A DNA stretch of 61,512 nucleotides, filler included, from Nitrospinae bacterium RIFCSPLOWO2_12_FULL_45_22 (GTDB taxonomy: Bacteria > 2-12-FULL-45-22), in the NCBI GenBank assembly GCA_001803565.1. It is 5 parts of 5 records of this genome, joined end to end, with 100 filler letters (N's around TTAATTAATTAA, not from the genome) between each part and the next. Parts side by side here need not be neighbours in the genome. Positions count along the whole stretch, not along the records: positions 20,836 to 45,999 come from MHDQ01000251.1; positions 46,100 to 61,512 come from MHDQ01000253.1; 3 more parts are not named here. One strand, written 5' to 3'. The translations under genes were made by a program, and so were the position numbers. How positions within the stretch are numbered: the first letter of the stretch is position 1; each line of letters starts with the position of its first letter. This document shows positions 39,946 through 50,953 of this stretch, one piece after another. The notes beneath the pieces were generated by a model. It had not been told where the DNA came from. It saw nothing but the letters and a program-made list of their open reading frames with translations, and searched no databases.

Positions 39946-42939
39946 ATGAGAAAAAACTTAAAGCTGTGGATAGCTCAATCTGAATCCTGGCACACTTTTG
40001 TTGATTTTAGATTGCCGGAAAAGGCTATCGCAAAATATCCATTCTTGGAACGTACAGATGATTTCTACATTGCCCTCTTTGGTAAACTTTTTGACCTTCT
40101 AAATGATCCAAAATTTGAAGAAAAGAAAGATGACCTTCTTGCTATAGGGAAAGGCTTGGAAATTTATTCTCTTAAAAGTACAAGAAATAAGTTTAGAGGA
40201 GTCAATTATTCCGAGAATATCCTGTATGCTGCAAGCCTTTACTATCTGGCAGACTATTCTGCATCAGCATGGCTCTTGGCAAACCTTTTCTCTGCAAATC
40301 AATATGGTTCAGATGCCGATAAATTCATTTCATGTTTCTTGAGCCGCAACATTCAGGTAGATAATGCTTACGTCTCACAACTTCGCAAATATTTGCACAG
40401 AGGAGACATAACTATTTTAGATGAAATGCGGGAGACGTTTTCTCAAAGAACTAAAGACGCTCTCAAGGACTCACCTCATGAATATACGTTTTACAAATTA
40501 GCATCTTGTCTAATCGATCGCTTCTATACGAATAATATTTGGATTGATTTATTAGGGCAAAATCACTATGAACCACAAGTATGGAAGAAATATGTTGAAG
40601 CAAATCTAAAGCGGAAGCCGCCAGTTTGGGATTTCTTTCCTTCGCAGAAGGAGGCCATAAACAGAGGAATACTAAAAGAAAATAAATCTTTTTCTTTTCA
40701 GATGCCTACCAGTGCTGGCAAAACTGCTCTTTGCGAGTTAATCATTTATAATGAAAAGAGAATGAATCCAGATGCAAAAATATTATTCCTTGCTCCTTTT
40801 CGCGCTCTGGCATCGGAATTGAAATCTGGCTTTAGTAAAAAGATTGCTCAGTTAGGAATTAAGTCAAAAACTATTTACGGGGGCAATATAGTTACTCAGG
40901 ATGAAAAAAAAGCCATACAAAAAGTAGACCTTCTAATCTCAACCCCAGAAAAATTTATGGCAGTGGAAAGTTTTATACCTGACATTTACGAGTTGTTTCA
41001 GGTAATCATCTGTGACGAAGGACATCTACTTGACAACGAGCAAAGGGGTTTAAATTATGAGATCTTACTCTCTAAGTTTAGAAGTCCATCAGTAGGCGAA
41101 AAGAAATTCATATTTTTATCCGCCATAATTCCCAATATAGAAGAAATAAACACTTGGCTGGGTGGGGATCAAACTTCCTTAGTAAAGTCAGAATATAGGC
41201 CAACAGAGCTGAACTTTGCCTTCCTCAAACAAGGAAATGATAAAACCTATTATTTGGATGTCAATCCCACAAAAGGAAGACCTGAGAATTATCAAATATC
41301 TAAATTTTTGTCTAAAATAGATTTCCAATACATTAATCCGGCGACAAATCGGAAAAAGACATATCCTTTTAGTAGCATCAAAGCAAGAGCAGTTGCTTCT
41401 GCCCTAAAAGCTGTGCCGTCGGGGACAGTTGCACTATTTGCCCCTCAAAAAGGTCAAGGGGGCGTGTCCGGATTGGCAGAAGAAGTCATTAAGCAGGTTG
41501 ATAAATTGTCATTGCCTAATCCTGCAAATTACTCGTCAAGCTCGGTAGCATTACTAAAAGAGTACTGTGAAAAGCTTTTTGGAAAAGAATATCTGCTCAC
41601 TAGGCTGATTGATTATGGCGCTGTATTTCATCATGGGGATCTGCCACAGGATGTTCACGAAGCAATAGAGGATTCACTGCGCGATGGTAGTGTAAGACTT
41701 ATTATCTGCACAAATACCTTAGCTGAAGGAGTTAATCTGCCAATAAGAACGATAGTTGTCCATTCAGCTAAAAGATTTGATTATGAGTCGAAAAGATTAG
41801 TGGACATGGAAATAAGAGATTTAAAAAACATTACAGGCAGAGCTGGTAGAGCTGGTAAAGAAACTAAGGGATTCATAATAATTACAAATCCAACAGATTT
41901 CAATACAGCTAAGAAGGTAATAAAAGATGAGGGCGGCAACAATGTTACAGGATTTTTATACAAAATAGTCCATGCTGTGGCAAAGTTTGTTCAGGACAAA
42001 AGGCTGACCTTATCAAATGACATTTTAGATGAACAGAATGAGCGGTTTAAACAATTGATTGATTCAATAGATATCTCCCTAATTAGTTTAATGGCTGAGG
42101 AAATCGAGACCGAGAAACTTAGAGAGCATATCAACACTCTAGTAGAGCAAACATTTGCCTTTCGGCAGGCAAATGTTGATGAAAAAAAGGCTTTGCGGGA
42201 CATATTCAACCTTCGAGGTGATGTCCTAAGGCCATATGTAGAATCAAAGGAATATCGAACCATCAAAAAGAGTGGGGCATCAGTAAGACTATATAAGAGC
42301 GTTCTTGATTCGATAGACTTAGAGGATGAATTATGGCGAGCAACCAACGACCCAGTATCAGAAACATGGTTACAGGTGATAAAAGACAATGTTCTTGCGC
42401 TTCCTCAGCCAAAATTTAGCATAGAGGAATTCAACAAATATAATGGAACTAATCTCTCGTCCGACGATATTATTAAGATAATTAAACTCTGGATTAAAGG
42501 TCATGCATATAAGGATATCGCGGACAAATCACAAATAGAAGTTGATACAATTCTTAAGATATTTTCTTCATTAATTGGGTTCCATCTGCAAAGCATCATC
42601 TCAAGCATTATTAGAATAGCCGACAGCAAATTATTAGAAAAGGACAAAAATCTGTCGGAAACTTTGTCATATTGGCCACAATATTTGCTTTACGGCTTAA
42701 AAAATAGACTGGAATTAGACCTCGTAGAACTTGGATTCACCAATAGAATCGGCATTATGGCGCTGAGCGAGGCGATCAAAGACGAAGGATTTACCTATGC
42801 CGAACTCAAAAAGCTAAGAGACTACATAAAGAGAAATAGTGATCATCTTTTTGAGAGAATCGGTTCTTCGATACCTAAAATATCTTATGAAAAACTAAAG
42901 GAAACCGTCGATTATTTAAATCGGAAGAATATTCATTGA
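39946..42939 (+). CDS. hamB: Hachiman HamB-like Ski2-type SF2 helicase
   Basis: PTSAGKT, TPEK, DEGH, LSA, HHGDL, TNTLAEGVNLP, N..GRAGR; long N-terminal helical region. Confidence 0.78.
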   Translation: MRKNLKLWIAQSESWHTFVDFRLPEKAIAKYPFLERTDDFYIALFGKLFDLLNDPKFEEKKDDLLAIGKGLEIYSLKSTRNKFRGVNYSENILYAASLYYLADYSASAWLLANLFSANQYGSDADKFISCFLSRNIQVDNAYVSQLRKYLHRGDITILDEMRETFSQRTKDALKDSPHEYTFYKLASCLIDRFYTNNIWIDLLGQNHYEPQVWKKYVEANLKRKPPVWDFFPSQKEAINRGILKENKSFSFQMPTSAGKTALCELIIYNEKRMNPDAKILFLAPFRALASELKSGFSKKIAQLGIKSKTIYGGNIVTQDEKKAIQKVDLLISTPEKFMAVESFIPDIYELFQVIICDEGHLLDNEQRGLNYEILLSKFRSPSVGEKKFIFLSAIIPNIEEINTWLGGDQTSLVKSEYRPTELNFAFLKQGNDKTYYLDVNPTKGRPENYQISKFLSKIDFQYINPATNRKKTYPFSSIKARAVASALKAVPSGTVALFAPQKGQGGVSGLAEEVIKQVDKLSLPNPANYSSSSVALLKEYCEKLFGKEYLLTRLIDYGAVFHHGDLPQDVHEAIEDSLRDGSVRLIICTNTLAEGVNLPIRTIVVHSAKRFDYESKRLVDMEIRDLKNITGRAGRAGKETKGFIIITNPTDFNTAKKVIKDEGGNNVTGFLYKIVHAVAKFVQDKRLTLSNDILDEQNERFKQLIDSIDISLISLMAEEIETEKLREHINTLVEQTFAFRQANVDEKKALRDIFNLRGDVLRPYVESKEYRTIKKSGASVRLYKSVLDSIDLEDELWRATNDPVSETWLQVIKDNVLALPQPKFSIEEFNKYNGTNLSSDDIIKIIKLWIKGHAYKDIADKSQIEVDTILKIFSSLIGFHLQSIISSIIRIADSKLLEKDKNLSETLSYWPQYLLYGLKNRLELDLVELGFTNRIGIMALSEAIKDEGFTYAELKKLRDYIKRNSDHLFERIGSSIPKISYEKLKETVDYLNRKNIH

Positions 42940-43592
42940 AAATGAAAAACTCTTATCGCTACGATACATCCTCTCTCCCCGAAGCCCAGTTTGAGCCGGG
43001 CTCACATGGCCGCGTCCTCAAGAACAAGCTCGGCATAAAGAGCAAAAAGGACATGGACGAGGTTGAATCGGTTGCCCTTAAAACCGCTATAGATAATCTT
43101 CTCGGAATATACGATGAGCACCACTGTTTTACGGCAGCGGACATTAGAACAATGCATAAAGTCTGGCTTGGTGAAATTTATGAGTGGGCAGGTGAATACA
43201 GGCAGGTTAATGTGAGCAAAGGGGATTTTCCTTTTGCTGCTGCAAAGCAGATTCCATTTTTAATGGCAGAATTTGAAAAAGGTCATCTCCACAAGCATAC
43301 ACCCTGCAATTTCAAATCGTTAGAGCGAGTTATTCAGGCGCTGGCAGAGGTTCATGTTGAACTTGTCCTTATTCATCCATTCCGTGAAGGCAATGGCAGG
43401 GTTGCAAGAATACTCTCGACCATTATGGCATTTCAGGCAGGCTTGCCGATGCTGAACTTTAAAGATATTACACACAGAAAAAAGAAGGAGTATTTTACCG
43501 CAATCAACAGAGGCTTGAGCAGGGACTATAAACCAATGGAAATACTTTTTGAGAAAATCATTGAGAGGTCTATCAAATCTAAGTCCGTTTAG
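42936..43592 (+). CDS. Fic-domain AMPylase, class I (no internal inhibitory motif seen)
   Basis: HPFREGNGRVAR canonical motif; VLKNKLGI; YEWAGEYR. Confidence 0.93.
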   Translation: MKMKNSYRYDTSSLPEAQFEPGSHGRVLKNKLGIKSKKDMDEVESVALKTAIDNLLGIYDEHHCFTAADIRTMHKVWLGEIYEWAGEYRQVNVSKGDFPFAAAKQIPFLMAEFEKGHLHKHTPCNFKSLERVIQALAEVHVELVLIHPFREGNGRVARILSTIMAFQAGLPMLNFKDITHRKKKEYFTAINRGLSRDYKPMEILFEKIIERSIKSKSV

Positions 43593-43740
43593 ATTTAAGG
43601 TTCTTTTTGAGGAGTTGAGAGGGCGTTATACGAATACCTTCAACTGCAGAAGAGGTTATAACATTTGTAACTAATGAAGCCTCGTATTTTTTAGAGTCTT
43701 TCAAATACGGGTTTGTTTCTTTCAATGACTTCTTTTTCAT
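43579..43740 (-). CDS. 53-aa FicA/VbhA-like antitoxin candidate (not in ORF track)
   Basis: hand translation MKKKSLKETNPYLKDSKKYEASLVTNVITSSAVEGIRITPSQLLKKNLKSKRT*; SSAVEG = (S/T)xxxE(G/N). Confidence 0.75.
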   Translation of the reverse strand: MKKKSLKETNPYLKDSKKYEASLVTNVITSSAVEGIRITPSQLLKKNLKSKRT

Positions 43741-43746
43741 GTTTTT

Positions 43747-43775
43747 ATGATACTAAAACAAAAAGAAAAAATCAA
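43747..43775 (-). promoter_or_regulatory. sigma70 promoter for leaderless antitoxin mRNA
   Basis: TTGATT-17bp-TATCAT-AAAAAC-ATG; no Shine-Dalgarno. Confidence 0.6.
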
Positions 43776-43847
43776 AGAAAAAACTGGATTCTTGCTGGAA
43801 TCCCGCACACTGATGCGGGGCAGGAATGACAGCTAATCAATGATAAA

Positions 43848-44297
43848 ATGAACAGAAACAATATAACCGAATCAGAAATAGAACAAGCAACCATTGAGTG
43901 GTTCAAGGAACTGAGATATTCCGTTCTTTTCGGCCCTGACATTTCGCCGGGTAGGGGCGAGGTGATCTCCCCTTTACAAGAGCGGGCAAGTTACAGCGAT
44001 GTTATCCTTGAAAACAGACTCCATTCTGCACTGATCAAAATCAATCCTGACATTCCTGGGGAAGCAATAGAAGATGCCTACCGGAAATTAACAAGAGCGA
44101 TCCATGAATCGCCCCTACTGGCTGCAAACAATCACCGGTTCCACAAAATGCTTACCGAGGGGATTGATGTTGAATACCAGGATGAAACCGGCAGGATTAT
44201 TGGAGATAAAGTGTGGCTGGTAGACTTTGATAATCCTGATAACAATAGCAAACTATCGGCTCACCCCCATATACATCCAAGCCAATTTACCCATTAG
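43848..44297 (+). pseudogene. hsdR: type I RM restriction subunit N-terminal fragment
   Basis: TES.IEQA..EWF.EL.Y...GPDI.P, N..FH.ML.EG..VEY, DFDNPDNN then resemblance stops (~44247); normal HsdR is ~1000 aa. Confidence 0.88.
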
Positions 44298-44322
44298 CTG
44301 AGATAGGCATGGGAGGGAAGAC

Positions 44323-45999
44323 ATGCATAACGATTTTCCCGCTGAATATTATCAGTTGTTAAACAAGAAAGAAAACTTTGTCCTTTTAGAAACTTCTAGG
44401 TATGATAAGGAAAACTATAGGACTTTCTTATTTATTGATCCCCTCGAAACCCTTCAAGTATATTCCGCAGATGAGGCGCCTGATCTGTTTGCTAGAATCG
44501 AACAGTATTTAACCCAGGACTATTATCTGGCCGGGTATTTTGGCTATGAATGTGGCTATCATTTTGAACAGATTGCCGAAACTACAACTTCTAGTCATCC
44601 CATAGCCTGGTTTGGCGTTTATCATGAGCCAATAATCTTTAACCATTTAACTGGTACTTGGGAAAATTCTTGTCTAGAGGTTCTTAACCCCAGCTCAGAT
44701 GATAATTTTTTGTTGCACGAATACGAATTAAGCAATATCCGGCTCAATATTTCAAGGCAAGATTATTACCGGAAAATAGCCGATATAAAAAACTACATCC
44801 TTGCCGGAGATACCTATCAGGTAAATTTTACCGCTAAATATAACTTTGATTTCCAGGGCTCAGCCCTGGCTTTATATGAGACCTTAAAAAAGAAGCAAAG
44901 GATATCTTATGGCGCCTTTATAAACTCTAATGGTAAAAATATCTTGTGCTTCTCTCCTGAATTATTCTTCCGACTAAAGGACAACAAAATAATAACCAGA
45001 CCGATGAAGGGGACGGTAAAGAGAGGAAGAACCTGTGAGGAAGACCTGCTGTTACAGGATTGGTTGAGAACAGATGAGAAAAATAGAGCGGAAAATCTGA
45101 TGATTGTAGATTTACTAAGGAACGATTTGGGAAGAGTAGCCGAAGTTGGTTCAGTAAAAGTCAGGGAACTTTTTTCCGTAGAAAAATATCAGACATTATT
45201 TCAAATGACATCCACCATTGAAGGGAAGGCTCAGGAAGGATTAAGTTATTATGCCATATTCAAGAGTATTTTCCCCTCTGGTTCCGTTACTGGCGCCCCT
45301 AAGATTAGCTCCATGCAGATTATCCATGAACTAGAACCTCACAGGAGGGGCATTTATACTGGAGCGATTGGCTATTTTTCGCCGGCAAAAGAAGCCACAT
45401 TCAATGTGGCCATCCGGACCCTGGTAATTGATGAAAATAAGGGTAGAATGGGTATTGGGAGCGGGATTGTTTATGACTCGATTCCGGGGGATGAATATGC
45501 CGAGTGTGAATTAAAGGCACAATTTTTAACTGCTCCCCAGGAAGAGTTTGAATTAATAGAGACCATCTTGTGGGATAATGGTTATCGCTTACTGGAAAAA
45601 CATATAAATAGGATAAGCCAATCAGCGAAATATTTCGATTATCCTTGTGACATAAATAGCCTTATCTCTGGTCTTAGGGAAAACAGCCAGTCCTTCGTAA
45701 AAGGCAAGAGGTATAAAGTTAGGCTAAAGCTGAACCGCTATGGTGAGGCATCTTCTGAAAATATGGCAATTGATGAGGATTTAAAGTCGAATTCTGCCGT
45801 TATTATCCTGTCTAACCTGAGAACTGACTCCAATAATAAATTTCTCTACCATAAAACCACCAATAGACACCTTTATAATGAAATGTATCAGAAAGCTATA
45901 AACAATGGCTTTGCTGATATTATTTTTATGAATGAACGAGGGCAAATAACCGAAGGCGCTACCAGCAACATCTTTATAAAAAAAGATAATCACCTCATT
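44323..45999 (+). CDS. pabB: aminodeoxychorismate synthase component I fused to class IV aminotransferase/ADC lyase (3' truncated)
   Basis: GDTYQVN, SPELFF, PMKGT, ENLMIVDLLRND, FPSGSVTGAPK; then LIET, HKTTNR, ITEGATSNIF. Confidence 0.92.
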
Positions 46000-46099
46000 N
46001 NNNNNNNNNNNNNNNNNNNNNNNNNNNNNNNNNNNNNNNNNNNTTAATTAATTAANNNNNNNNNNNNNNNNNNNNNNNNNNNNNNNNNNNNNNNNNNNN
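46000..46099. other. artificial contig linker
   Basis: N44-TTAATTAATTAA-N44. Confidence 0.97.
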
Positions 46100-46100
46100 C

Positions 46101-47069
46101 ATTGCTGCTACTGCCACTGTCGCTGATATGGCATTACCCTTTGGCGCAGCCACCAATATCAAGGTTGAGATTGCGGATCTAGATGGAACCCTGGCCTCAA
46201 GCAGTGTTAATTATCAAGTAGTCAACCGGCAGCCAGTCGCTAACCCCGGTTCAAATCAGATAGTGAAAGGGAGCAGTACCGTAACCCTGGATGCTTCCAC
46301 CAGTAGTGACCCGGATGGTAACCCCCTGGCCTTTAGTTGGACCCAGACATCTGGGCCATCAGTCACATTGTCTAATGCCACCGCGCAGAAGCCCACCTTT
46401 ACTGCCCCAGAACCCAGTGACAATAATGTCCTGACCTTCCGCCTGATAGTCAATGATGGGACGGTAGACAGTAACCCCGCTAGCGTAAATATCCGCATAA
46501 ATCGCCCACCGGTAGCCGATGCTGGAGCAGACCAGAAGGTTAAGCCTTTTGATACCGTGACCCTTAACGGATCGAGCAGTAAAGACCCTGATGATGACCC
46601 TTTAACCGTAAAATGGCTCCAGACCGCTGGCCCGACTGTCACCCTCTCTCAGACTACTTCTATGAACCCAACTTTTGTCGCCCCTCGGGTAAGTGCGACA
46701 AATAATGTCTTAACGTTCCAGTTGATAGTCAATGATAGTACGGTGGATAGTGCGCCAGATACAGTAGATCTCAGTATAAATCGTTCACCTACCGCTAATG
46801 CCGGCTCAGACCAGACTGTAGAAGCATATGCATTGGTGACTCTGGATGGTTCTGGCAGTAGCGATCCAGATAGTGACCCATTGACCTATCAGTGGACCCA
46901 GATAGCCGGTACCACGGTAACTTTAGCCAATGCTACCGGGGCACTCCCCACCTTTTTTGCACCCCGGGCCAAGAGGGATGCCGTCCTGACTTTTTCATTG
47001 ATAGTAAATGATAGCTCAGCCAACAGTGAACCAGATGCGGTATCCATCACTATCCCCGGAAAGCCCTGA
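46101..47069 (+). CDS. PKD/K319L-like Ig-repeat surface protein (5' partial)
   Basis: three NRxPxAxAGxDQ..VTLD/NxSxSxDPD...WxQxxG...LTFxLIVND units. Confidence 0.85.
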   Translation: MAATATVADMALPFGAATNIKVEIADLDGTLASSSVNYQVVNRQPVANPGSNQIVKGSSTVTLDASTSSDPDGNPLAFSWTQTSGPSVTLSNATAQKPTFTAPEPSDNNVLTFRLIVNDGTVDSNPASVNIRINRPPVADAGADQKVKPFDTVTLNGSSSKDPDDDPLTVKWLQTAGPTVTLSQTTSMNPTFVAPRVSATNNVLTFQLIVNDSTVDSAPDTVDLSINRSPTANAGSDQTVEAYALVTLDGSGSSDPDSDPLTYQWTQIAGTTVTLANATGALPTFFAPRAKRDAVLTFSLIVNDSSANSEPDAVSITIPGKP

Positions 47070-47093
47070 TCCCAAAAGATATTACCCTGGAAC

Positions 47094-47283
47094 GACACAG
47101 TCTAGCCAGCTAAAGCCGTCTAAAAAATATGGCCCCGAATACCCTCCAAAAAACGCAAAGCGTAGAGGGTAAAGCTTAAAACTGAGATAATTTATTCCTT
47201 AGTTTTGCGCTTTAAGCTTTACACTTTCGGTGTCTATCCGGGTTCATCCGTGCCTAAAATCCTCATTCTGGCTAAACAGTTAC
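47094..47283. mobile_element. MITE, GTAAC-ended family, with internal heptamer palindrome
   Basis: GACACAGTCTAGCC / GGCTAAACAGTTAC; flanks CCTGGAAC / CCAGGAAC. Confidence 0.6.
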
Positions 47284-47429
47284 CCAGGAACGATGTTTCT
47301 AATGGACCCTATAAGATGTTCCAATCCCCTCTTTGTCCTAAATTGGCTCTCTAAGTTACTGCTAGAGATATGTCCCAGTGTTTGTTGAAACGTTCCATTC
47401 CCCAGAAAAGGTACAGAAATAGCAAAACC

Positions 47430-47458
47430 TTGACATATATTTCAATATATGGTATATT
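47430..47458 (+). promoter_or_regulatory. sigma70-like promoter upstream of prkA
   Basis: TTGACA-17bp-TATATT with TG extension. Confidence 0.55.
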
Positions 47459-47648
47459 TACTATGCTTTTCTGTCTAGATATAGTCCCCTTATAGAAAGG
47501 GGTAAAAATTTCCCCCAGGAGGGTTAGAGGGGGGCAACAATTCCTTTGCTCATTACTAGATAATCGAGCCAAAATTATTTTTTATTGGCCTATAGGAGCC
47601 TTAAATAAGCGAAGTAGTTGAGGTAGTAATGGTTGGGCTATTGGACAA

Positions 47649-47664
47649 TGGCATAAAATTTGCA
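47649..47664 (+). promoter_or_regulatory. sigma54 -24/-12 promoter upstream of prkA
   Basis: TGGCATAAAATTTGCA (GG-N10-GC). Confidence 0.7.
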
Positions 47665-47786
47665 TATTATATGATTGAGGAAAGGAAATTTTCTCGGGTA
47701 GCAAGAGGGTTTTTAAACCGGCAAGATAAGGGTTTATTGTTATAAAAGTAAAAAAATTGTTATAAAAGTAAAAAAAAGGAGGGGTC

Positions 47787-49850
47787 ATGATGGAACTACA
47801 GACCGTTTCCCAACCATTTATGAATCTGATAAGAGAGCTTCAGGATATAGAGAGTTATAAGCACCTGTACTGGGAGGGTAGTTTTGAAGAGTACCTGGAC
47901 CTGGTCAGAAAGAACCCCAAGGTGGCTAGAACGGCTTTTCAAAGGATTTATGATATGATCTTATCCCATGGTACCGAAGAGTATACGGATAATAAAAAGA
48001 AAGTTATCCATTATAATTTTTTTGACGACCCTTTCTCTGGCGGGATAGATGCCATTTATGGCCTAGATATCCACCTGATGAAATTGGCCAATATTTTTAA
48101 GTCCGCCGCTATGCGTTATGGCACCGAGAAGAGGGTACTGCTATTGCATGGCCCAGTGGGGAGTGCCAAGAGCACCATTGTCCGGCTTTTGAAGAAGGGC
48201 CTGGAGGAATATTCTAAGACCCCTGAAGGGGCCCTGTATTCCTTCAAGTGGATAGATATGGAAGAGATTCATAATAATGGACAGCCTATCCCCTGTCCTA
48301 TGAACGAGGAGCCCCTTCATCTAATCCCGTTGGAGATTAGAAAGCTTATCCTGGAAGATATAAATCGGGCTCTTCCCGAGAGAGAAGAGTTGATAATTGA
48401 AGGGGACCTCTGCCCCTCTTGTAGGCAAAATTATCGGGAATTGCTAAAGAAATATGGTGGGGATTGGACTAAGCTGGTAAATCATATCCGGGTACACCGG
48501 GTGATACTTTCCGAAAAAGACCGGGTAGGTATTGGTACCTTCCAGCCCAAGGATGAAAAAAATCAGGACTCTACCGAGCTTACTGGAGATATAAATTATA
48601 GAAAGATTGCCGAATATGGCACTGATTCCGACCCCCGGGCCTTCAATTTTGATGGTGAATTCAATATTGCCAACCGGGGATTGATCGAATTCATTGAGGT
48701 ATTGAAATTGGAGGTAGCTTTCTTATACGACCTGCTGGGCGCTTCTCAAGAGCATAAGATAAAGCCCAAGAAATTTGCCCAGACAGATATTGATGAGATC
48801 ATTATCGGCCATACCAATGAACCAGAATACCGGAAATTACAGAACAATGAGTTCATGGAGGCATTGAAGGACCGTACGGTCAAGATAGATATCCCATATG
48901 TCACCAAATGGAGTGAAGAGGTAAAGATATATAAAAAGGATTACAATAATACCAAGATCAGGGGAAAGCATATTGCCCCCCATACTATTGATATGGCTGC
49001 CATGTGGACGGTCCTGACTCGCCTGGAGGAACCCAAGAAGGCCCAATTGACCCTCTTGCAAAAACTTAAACTGTATGACGGTAAGACTCTACCGGGCTTT
49101 ACTGAGGACAATATTAAGGAGTTAAGGAAAGAGGCTGCCCGGGAGGGGATGGAGGGTATTTCTCCCCGCTATATTCAAGATAAAATCTCTAATGCCCTGG
49201 TAAGCGATAAGGGTGAGGGTTGCTTAAATCCCTTTATGGTGCTGAATGAGCTAGAGGCAGGCTTAAAACACCACTCCCTCATTACTTCAGAAGAACAACG
49301 GAAAAGCTGCAAAGAACTATTGGCAGTGGTTAAGGCCGAGTATGAAGACACAGTCAAAAACGAGGTTCAGCGCGCTATATCGGCCGATGAAGAGGCCCTG
49401 AAGAGATTATGCGGCAACTATATTGATAACATAAAGGCCTATACCCAGAAAGAGAAGGTAAGGAACAAATATACTGGCCAGGCAGAAGAACCCGATGAGA
49501 GGCTGATGCGCTCGATAGAGGAAAAGATCGAGATACCAGAAACCCGCAAAGACGATTTTCGCCGGGAGATCATGAACTATATCGGGGCTCTGGCCCTGGA
49601 TGGTAAGACCTTTGATTATAAGGCTAATGAGCGGCTCTTAAAGGCGCTAGAACTAAAGCTGTTTGAAGACCAGAAAGATTCTATCAAACTGACTAGCCTG
49701 ATCTCCAGTGTAGTGGATAAAGATACCCAGGAAAAGATTGACGTGGTTAAAAGCCGGCTCATTAACAACTATGGCTATTGTGATATCTGTGCTACCGATG
49801 TGCTAAGCTTTGTAGCCAGTATCTTCGCCCGGGGAGATATCAAACAGTAA
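47787..49850 (+). CDS. prkA: PrkA/YeaG serine kinase-AAA+ protein
   Basis: [37 protein letters not shown]...ANRG. Confidence 0.93.
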   Translation: MMELQTVSQPFMNLIRELQDIESYKHLYWEGSFEEYLDLVRKNPKVARTAFQRIYDMILSHGTEEYTDNKKKVIHYNFFDDPFSGGIDAIYGLDIHLMKLANIFKSAAMRYGTEKRVLLLHGPVGSAKSTIVRLLKKGLEEYSKTPEGALYSFKWIDMEEIHNNGQPIPCPMNEEPLHLIPLEIRKLILEDINRALPEREELIIEGDLCPSCRQNYRELLKKYGGDWTKLVNHIRVHRVILSEKDRVGIGTFQPKDEKNQDSTELTGDINYRKIAEYGTDSDPRAFNFDGEFNIANRGLIEFIEVLKLEVAFLYDLLGASQEHKIKPKKFAQTDIDEIIIGHTNEPEYRKLQNNEFMEALKDRTVKIDIPYVTKWSEEVKIYKKDYNNTKIRGKHIAPHTIDMAAMWTVLTRLEEPKKAQLTLLQKLKLYDGKTLPGFTEDNIKELRKEAAREGMEGISPRYIQDKISNALVSDKGEGCLNPFMVLNELEAGLKHHSLITSEEQRKSCKELLAVVKAEYEDTVKNEVQRAISADEEALKRLCGNYIDNIKAYTQKEKVRNKYTGQAEEPDERLMRSIEEKIEIPETRKDDFRREIMNYIGALALDGKTFDYKANERLLKALELKLFEDQKDSIKLTSLISSVVDKDTQEKIDVVKSRLINNYGYCDICATDVLSFVASIFARGDIKQ

Positions 49851-50953
49851 TGATTGCCAAGATAGAGAGAGATAGTGGACGATTCAGGCAGATCATCCGG
49901 GGTAAGATAAAGAAGGAGCTAAAGAAATACATTGTCCGGGGTGAGCTGATTGGCCGTAAAGGTAAAGACCTTATCAGTATCCCCTTACCTCAGCTAGATA
50001 TTCCTACCTTCCGCTATGGCCACCAGGGTAGAGCCGGCGTAGGCCAGGGCGAAGGAGAGGAAGGCACACCCTTGGCTCCTGGACCGGTTGAGCATGGTGA
50101 AGGTGCGGGCGAGATGCCTGGGGACCACATCCTGGAGGTAGATATAACCCTGGAAGAGCTGGCTAAGCTCCTGGGCGAAGAGCTTGAGCTGCCTAATATT
50201 GAACCCCGGGGGAAGAAGCATATTACCAGCCAAAAAGAGAAATATACGGGGATCAGTCATGCTGGGCCAGAGTCCTTGCGGCATTTTAAAAGGACATATA
50301 AAGAGGCCCTAAAACGCCAGTTAATCTCAGGTAGCTATGACTATAAAAACCCCCGGATTGTCCCGATAAGAGAGGATAAGCGATACCGCTCCTGGGATGT
50401 GACCAAAGAACCAGAGAGCAATGCGGTAATAATATATATGATGGACGTTTCGGGCTCTATGGGTGATGAACAGAAGGATATTGTTCGGATAGAATCCTTC
50501 TGGATTGATACCTGGCTGCGCTCGCAATATGAAGGAATTGAGACCCGCTATATTATCCACGATGCCGTAGCCAGAGAAGTAGACCGGGAGACATTTTATC
50601 ATACCCGGGAGAGTGGTGGAACCAAGATATCATCTGCTTATCAGTTGTGTAGCCAGCTCATCAACAAGGAATATTCACCTGAGGACTGGAATATCTATCC
50701 CTTCCACTTCTCTGATGGAGACAATTGGGGTGGGGGAGATACCAAGATTTGTATAGAGGTACTGGAGAAATATCTATTGCCCAAGATCAATCTCTTCTGC
50801 TATGGGCAGGTAGAAAGCCCTTATGGTAGTGGCGAATTTAAGCGGGATCTCGATTATTATTTCAGTGATTGGGAAAATCTCGTCACCTCCCATATCCCCG
50901 ACCGGGAAGGGGTTTATGATTCTATAAAGCAGTTTTTAGGAAAAGGGAAATGA
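49850..50953 (+). CDS. yeaH: YeaH/YhbH (DUF444) vWA-like protein
   Basis: Gly-rich [32 protein letters not shown]. Confidence 0.92.
   Translation: MIAKIERDSGRFRQIIRGKIKKELKKYIVRGELIGRKGKDLISIPLPQLDIPTFRYGHQGRAGVGQGEGEEGTPLAPGPVEHGEGAGEMPGDHILEVDITLEELAKLLGEELELPNIEPRGKKHITSQKEKYTGISHAGPESLRHFKRTYKEALKRQLISGSYDYKNPRIVPIREDKRYRSWDVTKEPESNAVIIYMMDVSGSMGDEQKDIVRIESFWIDTWLRSQYEGIETRYIIHDAVAREVDRETFYHTRESGGTKISSAYQLCSQLINKEYSPEDWNIYPFHFSDGDNWGGGDTKICIEVLEKYLLPKINLFCYGQVESPYGSGEFKRDLDYYFSDWENLVTSHIPDREGVYDSIKQFLGKGK

Noticed and set aside
36900-44300. Prophage (ORF6N is phage-associated)
   Set aside because: No integrase, structural or replication genes; content fits an RM/defence locus
7096-46099. 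Four identical TTAATTAATTAA motifs inside N runs
   Set aside because: Artificial contig linkers, not biological repeats; genes on either side are not neighbours
46101-47069. PKD protein as continuation of the 2..907 gene or of pabB
   Set aside because: Different contigs; both PKD fragments are C-terminal parts with distinct sequences
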